Positions 19,807 through 29,723 of a stretch of DNA of 64,000 bases are shown in pieces. This stretch comes from an uncultured Desulfosarcina sp. Its GTDB lineage: Bacteria > Desulfobacterota > Desulfobacteria > Desulfobacterales > Desulfosarcinaceae. How positions within the stretch are numbered: the stretch's first letter is position 1; each line of letters opens with the position of its first letter. Below the pieces are notes generated by a model. It had not been told where the DNA came from, made no database searches, and saw only the letters and a program-made list of their open reading frames with translations. The position numbers and the translations under genes were made by a program. The stretch spans positions 320,001-384,000 of the forward strand of contig CAXXWQ010000003.1 of the NCBI GenBank assembly GCA_963674945.2, in the 5' to 3' direction.

Positions 19807-21519
19807 ATGAAACGCTCTTTGAGATCGCTGTTGGCTGGAATCGTACTTTTTTCATTTTTGGCGATGGGTTGTGGAGGCGGAGGCGGCGGTGGGACGGTTT
19901 CCGACACAACGCCTGCTTCGAACAACAATAGTTATTACTCCAATCCTACGGACAGCAGAATCATAACGATTGTCGATGAGGAGGATCGTTCCACCTATAC
20001 CTATAACGGTGATATCGATACGGATGGGCAAATAATAAAACTAACCTCAATCGTCGTCAAAGATCCGGATCTTGAGGAGGATATTGTCTACTTTCTGAAT
20101 GAAGAAAGCTTTCCCGCCATGATCCATACATCCGAATTTACTTTTGCGTTGGAGCCCGTCTCAAATGCTGTCGTCCGTTTAACCGCCATCTCGACACTGG
20201 GTGAGGTCATGGTGAATATGCCGGTTGAATTGGACACGGGCGGCGAAGCCGGTGTGAGTGAAATATCTATGGAAGAAACGATGCCAAGCGCCATAAAAAG
20301 CCAGGCGCAAAGCAGTGCCGCCAATATGTATGCCACACTGACCAAATGTGGAAAGCTGGTGGAAAATGCTGCGATCTCCGTCAATATCGACCCGAAAATC
20401 GGCACAAGCAATCCGGTTGGTACGCATGTCGGTGATGGCCAATATGCGTTTCATATTCCTTCAACAGTTGAGGGCATGCTAAAAAAGTGTGATGCCATTC
20501 CTGACAAGATGGCTTCTTTTTGTGTTAAAGCAGCTTTGATTCCTACAAGTATTAAAACCTGTAATCAATTAGCGTCCGTTGTGGGTCTTATCAGTTCTGA
20601 CTATGCAAAGAGTGTCCAAAAATATTGCAAACCGGCGTTATTGAAACACCTGCCCAAGATAAAAACGATTTTATGCGATGAAAAAATGAGGAATGAGATC
20701 AAAAACGTCTGCAAATGGAACGTCATTATGGACATTCCCGAAGAAAGCCACTCTTTCTCATTTTCGGTTAAAATTCCCGGAAGCAAAACGTTTACAACGG
20801 AGACTGTCCCATTCTCTCCCAATATGAAATCTGTATCTGCATGGGAAATCACCGCACCATATGAAATTTCACTGGATAAACTGTATATTGTCCCCTCCGA
20901 TCCTGAAAGTGACGAGTGGTATACGGCGCATGCCTCCATGGTCTGTCCGGATCCTGATTACGGTACGACTGTCACACTTTCCGTCCAGGGCAGCGAGGGT
21001 TACAAAAATTCTGTCGAAGAAGTGATGAAAGTCAATTCGACAATCAGCCTCGATGTCCCGCCGGCATCTGATTCTGAAAAAGATGTTATCGATAAGATCA
21101 CCGTTTCCGCAGAAGGTCAGACATGGAGCATGAAGACCATGGCCGACGATACCAGAACTTGGACAATGGTTGTTCAAAGAGCCGCAGATGCAACCAATGA
21201 TGATGATATAACGACATGGTATGTGTGGTATGTGGACAACATGGGGTTGAAGCCGGTGATGGTGGGCACCAAAAAAGAGTTCGAAGAAGACAGGCTGTGC
21301 AGTTCATATCCCGGTGGCGGCACGGATCCCAATCTGCTCATGGATAAAGTACCGATTGTAGAGGCCTATGCAACCGAAGAATCAGCCATTGCGGCCGCCT
21401 GCAGTCAATTCACCGACATCATACGAGTGCCGGGCAGTTCCACATTCATATTTACGGACTGGATCGGTTACCTCGATGGAGAGAGACATGATATCGATGA
21501 ACTCGACGGATGTCAGTAA
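19807..21519 (+). CDS. Hypothetical Cys-rich lipoprotein
   Basis: MKRSLRSLLAGIVLFSFLAMG-C lipobox followed by a G7 linker; GAAAGGA RBS. Confidence 0.8.
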   Translation: MKRSLRSLLAGIVLFSFLAMGCGGGGGGGTVSDTTPASNNNSYYSNPTDSRIITIVDEEDRSTYTYNGDIDTDGQIIKLTSIVVKDPDLEEDIVYFLNEESFPAMIHTSEFTFALEPVSNAVVRLTAISTLGEVMVNMPVELDTGGEAGVSEISMEETMPSAIKSQAQSSAANMYATLTKCGKLVENAAISVNIDPKIGTSNPVGTHVGDGQYAFHIPSTVEGMLKKCDAIPDKMASFCVKAALIPTSIKTCNQLASVVGLISSDYAKSVQKYCKPALLKHLPKIKTILCDEKMRNEIKNVCKWNVIMDIPEESHSFSFSVKIPGSKTFTTETVPFSPNMKSVSAWEITAPYEISLDKLYIVPSDPESDEWYTAHASMVCPDPDYGTTVTLSVQGSEGYKNSVEEVMKVNSTISLDVPPASDSEKDVIDKITVSAEGQTWSMKTMADDTRTWTMVVQRAADATNDDDITTWYVWYVDNMGLKPVMVGTKKEFEEDRLCSSYPGGGTDPNLLMDKVPIVEAYATEESAIAAACSQFTDIIRVPGSSTFIFTDWIGYLDGERHDIDELDGCQ

Positions 21520-21593
21520 AAAGATTCATCATTTCCTATTTTGACAAGCACAACACTTTATTCTTTTACTACGATCACGGTAAACGACGAACC

Positions 21594-21630
21594 AAGGGCG
21601 GGGCTTTAAAATTAGAGCCCTGCCCTTTTT
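21594..21630 (+). terminator. Rho-independent terminator
   Basis: aagggcggggct...agccctgccctt followed by a T run. Confidence 0.7.
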
Positions 21631-21878
21631 GTCTCGATTCCTTCGCCAAAGCCTCAGTGTATCACGTCAATTCTACCGACATTCAGCCTCTATTGACATA
21701 TAAGCCATCTTGATATACATATCGCTTATTTAGTATATATATTGCAATTTAATTTTTTACATATTATACATCCAATATATAATTTACGTATAATATGATC
21801 AAGCCGAGTGGCTATGAGTACCGAATTTCCGTTTTTTGGAACCACATCATTTCATCAATAAATTTCAGGAGGTTGGAA

Positions 21879-24473
21879 ATGGCAGCCAAGACAACTGCGA
21901 AAGCTGAAGAAAAAACAAAGGAACCGCCGGTAATTTCCAGAAAGATTAACATCGACGCGATCAACAAGACCAACGGCTTTACGCCCAGGGTTCAGGCCAG
22001 CAGAAAGCGATACATGGAAACAATGTCCAAGGTTTCCAGTGACCGGGTCTGGTACATGATGCAGTCGTACAAAGAGACCGAAGGCCAGCATCCCTATCTT
22101 CGTCAGGCGAAGGCCCTTGCCAATGTCTGGGACAATAAAGCCATCGATGTCTTCGATTACGACCTCATCATCGGGAACTGGACGGACGCCGTCCGTGGCG
22201 CCCATCCAAAAACGGAGTTCCAGTTTGACCAGATGAAGCTGATGTTGGCCAACAACACCGCCGCCCGGACCAACTCGGAAGGCCAGGAGGCCTCTTTGTC
22301 ACAGCAGGACTATGACAGGCTCATGGCGGCTGCCGAGTATTGGGGAGAGAACTACCCCGACCCGGAAACACAAGAACGGTGGGACAGGATATTTGCCGAA
22401 CATGATCCTGATGACTGGGCCGGCGATTTGAGCTACACCGGGCTCGTCATGCGCTGTGAGCGCAACCCCGCCGACAAGCGCTTCAAGATGTCCGGCCACA
22501 AACGAATTAACCATGAACATGGTTTCGCCCAGGTAACCAACATTCAGGCTGCGGGTGCGAATTATGCCAACATACTGAAAATCGGCTACAGGGGCTACGT
22601 CAACAAGGCTCAGGAAGAAATGAAAAAGGTAAAGGAAGCCGCCAGGGGACGGGACTTCACCGACGATGAGAAGGAAAAGCTGGCCTTTTGTGAGGCATCC
22701 ATTATCGTCACCGAAGCCATGATCCGCTATGCCAAGAGATATTCCGCACTGGCTGCGAAAAAGGCCGCAAAAGAGAAGGATCCCCAGAGGAAAAAGGAAC
22801 TGGAAAAGGCAGCGGAAGTTTGCCTGCGGGTACCGGAGAATCCCGCCCAGACATTCCAGGAAGCCCTGCAGACCGTATGGTTCCACTTTTTGGGCATTCA
22901 TATGGAAAAAGCCATGCCCAATGTATTTGTGGGGCGCTTCGACCAGTATACGTTCCCCTACTACCAGGCGGACATCAATGAAGGTCGCATGACCCGCCAG
23001 GAAGCGGCGGAACTCATCGGTTGCTTCATCATGAAGATGGCGGAACTCGAACCGTACCTGACGCCGGAGCACCGTGCATTCATACAGGGCACGAATTATG
23101 AGAATGTTACCCTGGGCGGTGTGGACATCCACAACCAGGATGCATCCAATGAGGTTTCATGCCTGTTTTTGCATGTGGCCAAAGATCTGCGGATGCATCA
23201 ACCCTACATTTCGCTGCGGTATAACCCGAAAATGGCGCCCGAGCTGGAGGACAAGGCGTTCGAGTGTCTCCGGGTCCACGGGGCCGGAATCCCCGCCTTC
23301 TTCAGCGATCTGGTGAACATTCCGTACATGCTGGGCCGCGGGCATACCATCGAACATGCCCGGGACTATGCCATCGCCGGATGCATCGATGCCGTCTATC
23401 CGAACACCTTCGGCTGGGTACGAGGCAATATCGGCTTCAACAACATGGCCAAGGTAGTGGAAATTATATTGCATGAGGGCGTAGACCCGCGCACCGGGAT
23501 CAAGATCGGCCTGGATACCGGCGACCCGCGCGACATGACCTTCGACGAACTGGTGGATGCCTGGAAGAAGAATGTTTCTTACCAGATAAACAGGCAAATC
23601 GATATGTTCGAGGTATGGGACAGGGAGGGGACGGTTACCAAGGACAGCTTCCCTTACACGTTTATCTCCACCTTCCTGGATGGCTGTCTTGAAAACGGCA
23701 AGGATGTCACGCGGCATGGGCCCAGCGTCATCATTGACGATGCACACTACGGTCTCGACCGCTGTTTCCAGGACGCTTCCGACTCGCTGCTGGCCATCAA
23801 AAAGCTTGTCTTTGAGCAGAAGAAGTACACCATGGACGAGATGATAAAAGCGCTCGATGCAAACTTCGAGGGATATGAAAAACTCCAGGCAGACTGCATC
23901 GCCCAGCCCAAATTTGGAAATGACGACGATGAGGCAGATTACTTGATGAACGAACTCTGGACCTTCGTCAACAACCTGTATACGTCGAGAACAGATTACA
24001 TCGGCCGCAAGTACAATTGTTACCGCCAAGGGTCGGCGGTTGCCCACCAGGCTGGCAAATGGACCGGGGCGCTGCCCAATGGCCGCCTGGCCGGCGTTTC
24101 GCTGGCGGACTCCTCATTGTCACCGATGCAGGGTATGGACCTGAAGGGCCCCACCGCCGTCATCAACTCGGTCACCAAGATCGATGTCACCGATATGGAT
24201 GGCACGCTGTGCAATATGAAGCTTTGCCCAAGCCTGATCGATAAGCCCGGTGGAATGATGAAATTCAAACAGCTGGTGAGAACCTTCATGCTCAAGGGGG
24301 GCCAGCAGATTCAGTTCAATATTCTGGATAAGGATCGGCTGCTGGATGCCCAGAAGCATCCCGAGCAGCATCGCGATCTGGTAGTGCGTGTGGCCGGGTA
24401 CAGCGCATTCTGGGTTGACTTGGAGAAACAGGTACAGGACGAGATCATCAGCCGGACAGAGCATGCGATTTAG
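21879..24473 (+). CDS. Glycyl radical enzyme (PFL superfamily), substrate unknown
   Basis: C-terminal RVAGYSAFW glycyl motif; Cys loop YAIAGCIDA; GRFDQY, PKFGND, GALPNGR; CAGGAGG RBS before ATG 21879. Confidence 0.93.
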   Translation: MAAKTTAKAEEKTKEPPVISRKINIDAINKTNGFTPRVQASRKRYMETMSKVSSDRVWYMMQSYKETEGQHPYLRQAKALANVWDNKAIDVFDYDLIIGNWTDAVRGAHPKTEFQFDQMKLMLANNTAARTNSEGQEASLSQQDYDRLMAAAEYWGENYPDPETQERWDRIFAEHDPDDWAGDLSYTGLVMRCERNPADKRFKMSGHKRINHEHGFAQVTNIQAAGANYANILKIGYRGYVNKAQEEMKKVKEAARGRDFTDDEKEKLAFCEASIIVTEAMIRYAKRYSALAAKKAAKEKDPQRKKELEKAAEVCLRVPENPAQTFQEALQTVWFHFLGIHMEKAMPNVFVGRFDQYTFPYYQADINEGRMTRQEAAELIGCFIMKMAELEPYLTPEHRAFIQGTNYENVTLGGVDIHNQDASNEVSCLFLHVAKDLRMHQPYISLRYNPKMAPELEDKAFECLRVHGAGIPAFFSDLVNIPYMLGRGHTIEHARDYAIAGCIDAVYPNTFGWVRGNIGFNNMAKVVEIILHEGVDPRTGIKIGLDTGDPRDMTFDELVDAWKKNVSYQINRQIDMFEVWDREGTVTKDSFPYTFISTFLDGCLENGKDVTRHGPSVIIDDAHYGLDRCFQDASDSLLAIKKLVFEQKKYTMDEMIKALDANFEGYEKLQADCIAQPKFGNDDDEADYLMNELWTFVNNLYTSRTDYIGRKYNCYRQGSAVAHQAGKWTGALPNGRLAGVSLADSSLSPMQGMDLKGPTAVINSVTKIDVTDMDGTLCNMKLCPSLIDKPGGMMKFKQLVRTFMLKGGQQIQFNILDKDRLLDAQKHPEQHRDLVVRVAGYSAFWVDLEKQVQDEIISRTEHAI

Positions 24474-24515
24474 TGCATAAATGTTCTGACGAAAGCTGAG
24501 CCAATGTGGTATACA

Positions 24516-24549
24516 ATACAGGTCGCGCTCTTTTGAGCGCGGCCTGTAT
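24516..24549 (+). terminator. Strong hairpin downstream of the GRE
   Basis: atacaggtcgcgctc-tttt-gagcgcggcctgtat. Confidence 0.7.
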
Positions 24550-24663
24550 ATGTATCGGGTAGTGAATCCTAAGCTGAGCGTTTCAAATTTTCTCATATGA
24601 TGAAAGGCCCAAAATCTATTAAACGATAGCGAAATATTTCCTCGAAAATTTGAAACCCGTTGG

Positions 24664-24763
24664 GATTGCCGATCTTACCGCATCTACGGCGTCAAATGCC
24701 TCCCCGCATAGGCGACTATAACGGAAAGTCATCTTCCTTGTACCTGCGGCAAGCTCGACAATC
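24664..24763. repeat. Nested palindromic MITE/REP-like element
   Basis: Outer IR gattgccgatcttaccg / cggcaagctcgacaatc (14/17); inner hairpin centred on atag-gcga-ctat. Confidence 0.55.
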
Positions 24764-24834
24764 GCTCAACTTCGGTGAATGATAGAAACGATTACGGCTG
24801 CTGATCTCAATCCGGTTCCAAGGAAAATAACGAC

Positions 24835-26130
24835 ATGGTGGAAGAAAAAAACGAGAAAAAAGGAAAAGAATCGAAGACCGTCCCATCCCCAAACGGCAAG
24901 CGCCGATGGCTGATCCGGATCTGCGGTGTCGGTTTGCTGATCCTTGCATTGACCATCGGAATTCCCTATTTACTGCACGCGCTTTCCCATGAATCCACCG
25001 ATGACGCCTTCATCGACGGAACCATTGTATGGATCAGTCCGCGGATCAGCGGTACCGTGACAAAGGTGTTGACCGACGACAATCAATGGGTTCGGGCGGG
25101 AGAACCACTGGTTGCACTGGATCCGGGTGATTGCAAAGTTCGGTACGATGCCGCGACCGCCGCCGTAAAAGCGGCCGAAGCCTCCGTTGTTGCAGCCGAA
25201 GCCATGGTAAAAACAGCCGAAGCCGCAACCGCCGCAGCAGGCAGTCATCGGGATCAAGCCAAGGCGCAGCTGGTTCTCGCCGAGGCAACCCTGTCCCAAC
25301 ATCAGGCGGAGGCGGATTCAAAGAAAGAAGAACATCAGCGCAACATCAAAGACCTGGTCCGCGCAAGGCAAATGGCCAAAACCGATACCATCTCCGAGCA
25401 GGGTCTCGATCACGCGTTGGCCGCTGAACGGATGTCCGCTTCGGATGTAAAGGCCGCGGAATACAAAATCGAGACACAGAAGGCCGCAGTGCAGCAGGCA
25501 AAATCCGCCCTTGCGGCCGCCGAAGACTATTTGCGTCAGGCTTGCGCACAAACCGACGCACAGCGTGCACAGGCTCTCAAGGCACGCGCCGATGTCGATC
25601 GGGCCGCTGCGGAGCTTGAACAATCCGCCTTGCAGCTTTCCTACACGAAAATCATTGCACCGGTAGACGGCTATGTCACCAAAAAATCGGTCGAACAGGG
25701 CGCCTTTGTCCAGACGGGGCAAATGCTGATGGCATTGGTTCCTTCCGAAGTCTGGGTGACAGCCAATTTCAAGGAAACCCAGTTGACCCATATGCTAGTT
25801 GGACAACCGGCGACCATCAAGGTGGACACATTTCCGGATGTCACGTTTACCGGCCATGTGGCGAGTTTTCAGCGTGGCACCGGAGCACGATTCAGCCTGT
25901 TGCCCCCTGAAAACGCTACCGGCAATTTTATCAAAGTTGTCCAACGTGTTCCGGTAAAAATCATTTTCGATAAAACCGATCAGCTGAAACGCTATCCGCT
26001 GGCCTTAGGGCTTTCCGTTCAACCGGAAGTCGACATCCGCGCAAACGGTGTTATGCCCGGTACGGCAGTTGGTAAGAACCAACCTTCAAATTTCGATATA
26101 GCGGGCAAGAGCACCGGAGCCGAAAAATGA
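24835..26130 (+). CDS. emrA: EmrA/HlyD-family membrane fusion protein
   Basis: ESTDDAF, long coiled coil, ANFKETQL, FSLLPPENATGNFIKVVQRVPV. Confidence 0.92.
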   Translation: MVEEKNEKKGKESKTVPSPNGKRRWLIRICGVGLLILALTIGIPYLLHALSHESTDDAFIDGTIVWISPRISGTVTKVLTDDNQWVRAGEPLVALDPGDCKVRYDAATAAVKAAEASVVAAEAMVKTAEAATAAAGSHRDQAKAQLVLAEATLSQHQAEADSKKEEHQRNIKDLVRARQMAKTDTISEQGLDHALAAERMSASDVKAAEYKIETQKAAVQQAKSALAAAEDYLRQACAQTDAQRAQALKARADVDRAAAELEQSALQLSYTKIIAPVDGYVTKKSVEQGAFVQTGQMLMALVPSEVWVTANFKETQLTHMLVGQPATIKVDTFPDVTFTGHVASFQRGTGARFSLLPPENATGNFIKVVQRVPVKIIFDKTDQLKRYPLALGLSVQPEVDIRANGVMPGTAVGKNQPSNFDIAGKSTGAEK

Positions 26131-27701
26131 CCGAGCCTTCAATGGCCACAAAGCCCCCGGACACCGGGGCGATCAATAAGTGGATCATTGTGGCGACCAC
26201 GGTGTTGGGCTCGTTCATGTCGGTTATGGACGTCAGCGTCGTCAATGTGTCCCTGCCCCACATGATGGGAAGTTTCGGCCAGGATCTGTCGTCTATTACC
26301 TGGGTCGCTACCAGCTATACCATTGCCGAGATCATCATGGTCACCATGACGGGGTGGTGGAGTACCTTCATCGGACGGAAACGGCTCTATCTCTGGTCCT
26401 ATGGATTGTTCACCATCGGCTCCATCCTTTGCGGAACCGCCCAAACCTTCCCCCAGTTGATCGTCTACCGTGTGCTTCAAGGTATCGGGGGCGGCGCCCT
26501 GATCCCCGTCTCAACGGCGATCATGCGCGAGGCCTTCCCACCCGAAGAGCAGGGCATGGCCATCGCCATCAACGGCATGGGGGTAGTGCTGGCCCCGGCC
26601 CTCGGGCCCATTATCGGCGGTTGGCTGACGGACCAGTACGGTTGGCCCTGGATCTTTTATATCAACGTTCCGGTAAGCATTATAGCAATCTCCATGGCCG
26701 TGGCCTTTATCCATGATCCTCCTTATCTGCGGCGTGGAATCAAAAAGATTGACTGGGCAGGCATCATTCTTTTGGCCGTGACCTTGACCGGTATGCAGAT
26801 CATCCTCGAGCGGGGGCAATCCGAGAACTGGTTCGAATCAAACCTGATCACGGTTGGAACGGTTGTCACTTCCGTGGCCGCCCTGATTATGATCTGGTGG
26901 GAAATGAAAACGAAAGAGCCCGTGGTCAACCTTCGCATCTTACGGAATCTGCGCTTCACCGTTGGTTCGTCGGTGGGGATGCTTTTTGGATTGGCGCTCT
27001 TTGGGACCACCTTCGTTCTGCCGCAATTTACCCAGCAACTGCTCGGTTATCCCGCCTTCGAGGCGGGCCTGGTGCTGGCGCCAAGAGCCGTCATGCTGAT
27101 CATCATGTTTCCGGTGACCGGACACTTGATAAAGTACATGGAACCACGAAACCTCATTTTGATCGGTGCCGTCGTTACGATTTGGTCTTACCACGATTTA
27201 TCACAGCTTTCCCTCCAGGTCGGGTTCTGGAATATGGTCCCCATGCTGGTGGTCATGGGTATCGGTATGCCGCTCGTATTCACCACTCTCGGCACGGTTG
27301 CGCTATCCAACATTCCCCGCCCGGATATGACCGATGCCACGAGCCTTTACACGCTGACCCGGCGCGTGGGGGGAAACATCGGGTATGCCCTGGGCGCGAC
27401 CTGGGTATCCCGTGGCTTCCAGATTCACAGAAGCCATCTGGTCTCGCACGTCACGGCATCAAGCCCCCAACTCCTGGCCTACACGAAAGCAGGCACCGCA
27501 CTGGCTTCTCAAACCGCTATCGGAGCGGCCGCGGCGCCTCAGGCAAGCCTGGGCCTCGTCGACATGGTGGTGAACCGTCAGGCCGCCATGCTGGCCTACA
27601 ATGATACCTCCTTTTATTTCGGACTTCTCTACATTGCGATCATTCCCCTTGCGTTTCTTCTCCCCAAACGCTCCGAATTGTATACGCCAACGAAGCATTA
27701 G
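26127..27701 (+). CDS. emrB: EmrB/QacA DHA2 MFS efflux permease
   Basis: DVSVVNVSLP, RVLQGIGGG, GPIIGGWL, WIFYINVP; ATGA overlap with emrA. Confidence 0.92.
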   Translation: MTEPSMATKPPDTGAINKWIIVATTVLGSFMSVMDVSVVNVSLPHMMGSFGQDLSSITWVATSYTIAEIIMVTMTGWWSTFIGRKRLYLWSYGLFTIGSILCGTAQTFPQLIVYRVLQGIGGGALIPVSTAIMREAFPPEEQGMAIAINGMGVVLAPALGPIIGGWLTDQYGWPWIFYINVPVSIIAISMAVAFIHDPPYLRRGIKKIDWAGIILLAVTLTGMQIILERGQSENWFESNLITVGTVVTSVAALIMIWWEMKTKEPVVNLRILRNLRFTVGSSVGMLFGLALFGTTFVLPQFTQQLLGYPAFEAGLVLAPRAVMLIIMFPVTGHLIKYMEPRNLILIGAVVTIWSYHDLSQLSLQVGFWNMVPMLVVMGIGMPLVFTTLGTVALSNIPRPDMTDATSLYTLTRRVGGNIGYALGATWVSRGFQIHRSHLVSHVTASSPQLLAYTKAGTALASQTAIGAAAAPQASLGLVDMVVNRQAAMLAYNDTSFYFGLLYIAIIPLAFLLPKRSELYTPTKH

Positions 27702-28184
27702 AATGGACGATAAAAGGGGAAGGGGTTGTTGTTTTCGGCGTAGCGGTTTCACATCGCTTATGGTCCTCAGGTACCGCTGCGTCGTTACTGGATGCCGTGG
27801 CGAATCAAAAGTAACGTTACTTAAACGATTCGTATTTCAGTTGGCGGCTGGCCACCCGCCAGAAAGAAGGTGCCACGCAGGAAAAACACCGGCATCTGCA
27901 TGATTCTGAATCGTATAGACATCTCAATGTGTCTGGACCATCCAGGATTGTGAAATACACGCAAATATTGGCATCCTATCGCTGATCAGGCCAGATCCCA
28001 ACTGGCAGACGAGATGCAAGATCTTAGAACCACCACAAAACCTTTACAATTTATCTACTGCCGCCATCTGTTCGGACCATCTTGCTTGTCCCGTTTCCTC
28101 CCGGTTCAATCACTTGTTAGGAAATTTATTGGTCCAGCCTTACCCTCTGCCGCGTGGTGAAGGTAACGGACGGCCCAATGGGCA

Positions 28185-28200
28185 TGGCATCTTTCTTGCT
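28185..28200 (+). promoter_or_regulatory. Candidate sigma54 (-24/-12) promoter
   Basis: TGGCAT-CTTTC-TTGCT (GG-N10-GC). Confidence 0.6.
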
Positions 28201-28308
28201 GTCTTATTTGGTCAAAACGATCCTTTTCATATTAGCGCCAAGAAGAAGTTTCACCCGTATTTCCCAACCATGGTAAAAGGTCATTCGGAAAGACAGAAAG
28301 GGGGGAAC

Positions 28309-28527
28309 ATGATTCAGTCACCGTGTCGCAATTGTCCAAATCGGGACAAAGACAAGCGTCATTGCATGGAGTCTTGTGTTCTGATGCATCGGGTGCAGAT
28401 GTTCCAGATTGGACGATTGGAACCGCCGATCTATACGGCCGTAGATTGTGCGGATGACAATCGCTACCGATTGCTGAGCGCCCATGATATACGGCGATTC
28501 GACAGAGGCAGTCCAGGTTTCTATTGA
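28309..28527 (+). CDS. Small Cys-rich hypothetical protein
   Basis: AAGGGGGG RBS; MIQSPCRNCPNRDKDKRHCMESC... (CxxC...CxxxC); downstream of the sigma54 motif. Confidence 0.6.
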   Translation: MIQSPCRNCPNRDKDKRHCMESCVLMHRVQMFQIGRLEPPIYTAVDCADDNRYRLLSAHDIRRFDRGSPGFY

Positions 28528-28628
28528 GCCATAGTGAAGCGTTTCTAATGTAGAAAAACTGCCGTCGCCCGACCATCCATGTTGAGAGGTTTCTCTGCAA
28601 CATTGTGTCCATAAAGGAGGAAAATAAA

Positions 28629-28874
28629 ATGGAAAAAAAAGTAACGACTTATGAATGTGCCTTTTGCGGTTATACTTCCGAAGGTAAGTTCGAAGGAGAT
28701 ATCTGTCCCCAATGTAATTTGACTTACTGGAAATGTGGAAACTGCGGATTTCTGGTAACCTCGGGGAAACCACCGGAAACTTGTCCTAACTGTAGTGAAA
28801 AGTGCGCATTTAAAGATGTTACCTGTTACACCCCCGAATGCGGAGGCCCCGGTCATGTCGATAACAGGTTGTAA
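28629..28874 (+). CDS. Double rubredoxin-like small protein
   Basis: AAGGAGG RBS; CAFC/CPQC/CGNC/CPNC plus C...CYTPEC. Confidence 0.8.
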   Translation: MEKKVTTYECAFCGYTSEGKFEGDICPQCNLTYWKCGNCGFLVTSGKPPETCPNCSEKCAFKDVTCYTPECGGPGHVDNRL

Positions 28875-28924
28875 AACTCTTAGAATGAAGAAATTCACGG
28901 TTTTTCACTGCCCAGCGATGGATA

Positions 28925-29689
28925 TTACAGGGAGGGATATTGGTTTGTGTTCATCAGGCCCGGCGTGCCAACCCGGATCAGATCGCCAAGCAGCTCCTGC
29001 CCGCTTTCTTCGAGCTTTGCCAGGCAGCGCTGCAGGATCATGGCGGTGGCCAGGGCATCACCGGTGGCGCTATGCCGCCGGTAGATGCGGATCCCCAGAT
29101 GCTGGGAGATGGATTCGAGATCTGCAACGGGGAAACTGCGTGCCGGTTTCGTTGCCCCGCTTACCGACAAGTCGGGCTTTTGCGGCGGTGGCAGGACGTG
29201 CGTCAGCAGCAGCCGCTCGCAAAGCAGCCGGTTGTCGATGACCAGATTCTGCAGCCGGAATCCGCACCGGGCCAGCATCAGGCGGTTGAGAAAGGCGATA
29301 TCGAACCAGGCCGGATGCGCCACCAGAATATCACTGCCCAGAAACGTCAGAAATCGATCCAGGGCTTCCGGACCGGACGGTGCGGAAACCAGCATCGAGG
29401 GGACGATGCCGTGAACGGTAATGGCCTCGGGAAGTGCCGTGTTACCTGGGTTGACCAGTTGATCGAACATTCGGCCGAGATGGATTCGTCCGTCGATCAC
29501 CTTAAACGCCCCAATGCTGACCACGCTGTTCGTTCGCGTATCCAGGCCGGTGGTCTCCAGGTCCACTACCGTAAATGTATAGCTTGCGGCGGGCCGGGAG
29601 ATATCCAGATGGTCCAGCGCATCCAGATTTGCGGCCGCAATGGGCGGTAGGGTCCGGCGGCGCAGTTTAAAGCGTAGCAGACGGTTCAT
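28925..29689 (-). CDS. DEDDh 3'-5' exonuclease (DnaQ-like)
   Basis: VVDLETTG, VAHPAWFD, RHSATGDA. Confidence 0.88.
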   Translation of the reverse strand: MNRLLRFKLRRRTLPPIAAANLDALDHLDISRPAASYTFTVVDLETTGLDTRTNSVVSIGAFKVIDGRIHLGRMFDQLVNPGNTALPEAITVHGIVPSMLVSAPSGPEALDRFLTFLGSDILVAHPAWFDIAFLNRLMLARCGFRLQNLVIDNRLLCERLLLTHVLPPPQKPDLSVSGATKPARSFPVADLESISQHLGIRIYRRHSATGDALATAMILQRCLAKLEESGQELLGDLIRVGTPGLMNTNQYPSL

Positions 29690-29723
29690 GAAGCGGGCAG
29701 GAAGAAGTGTTACCTTGGTACGC

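Noticed and set aside
21879..24473. GRE as PFL, benzylsuccinate/alkylsuccinate synthase or CutC
   Set aside because: No CC pair, no CMxP motif or small subunits, no GCVEP, and no microcompartment genes in the window
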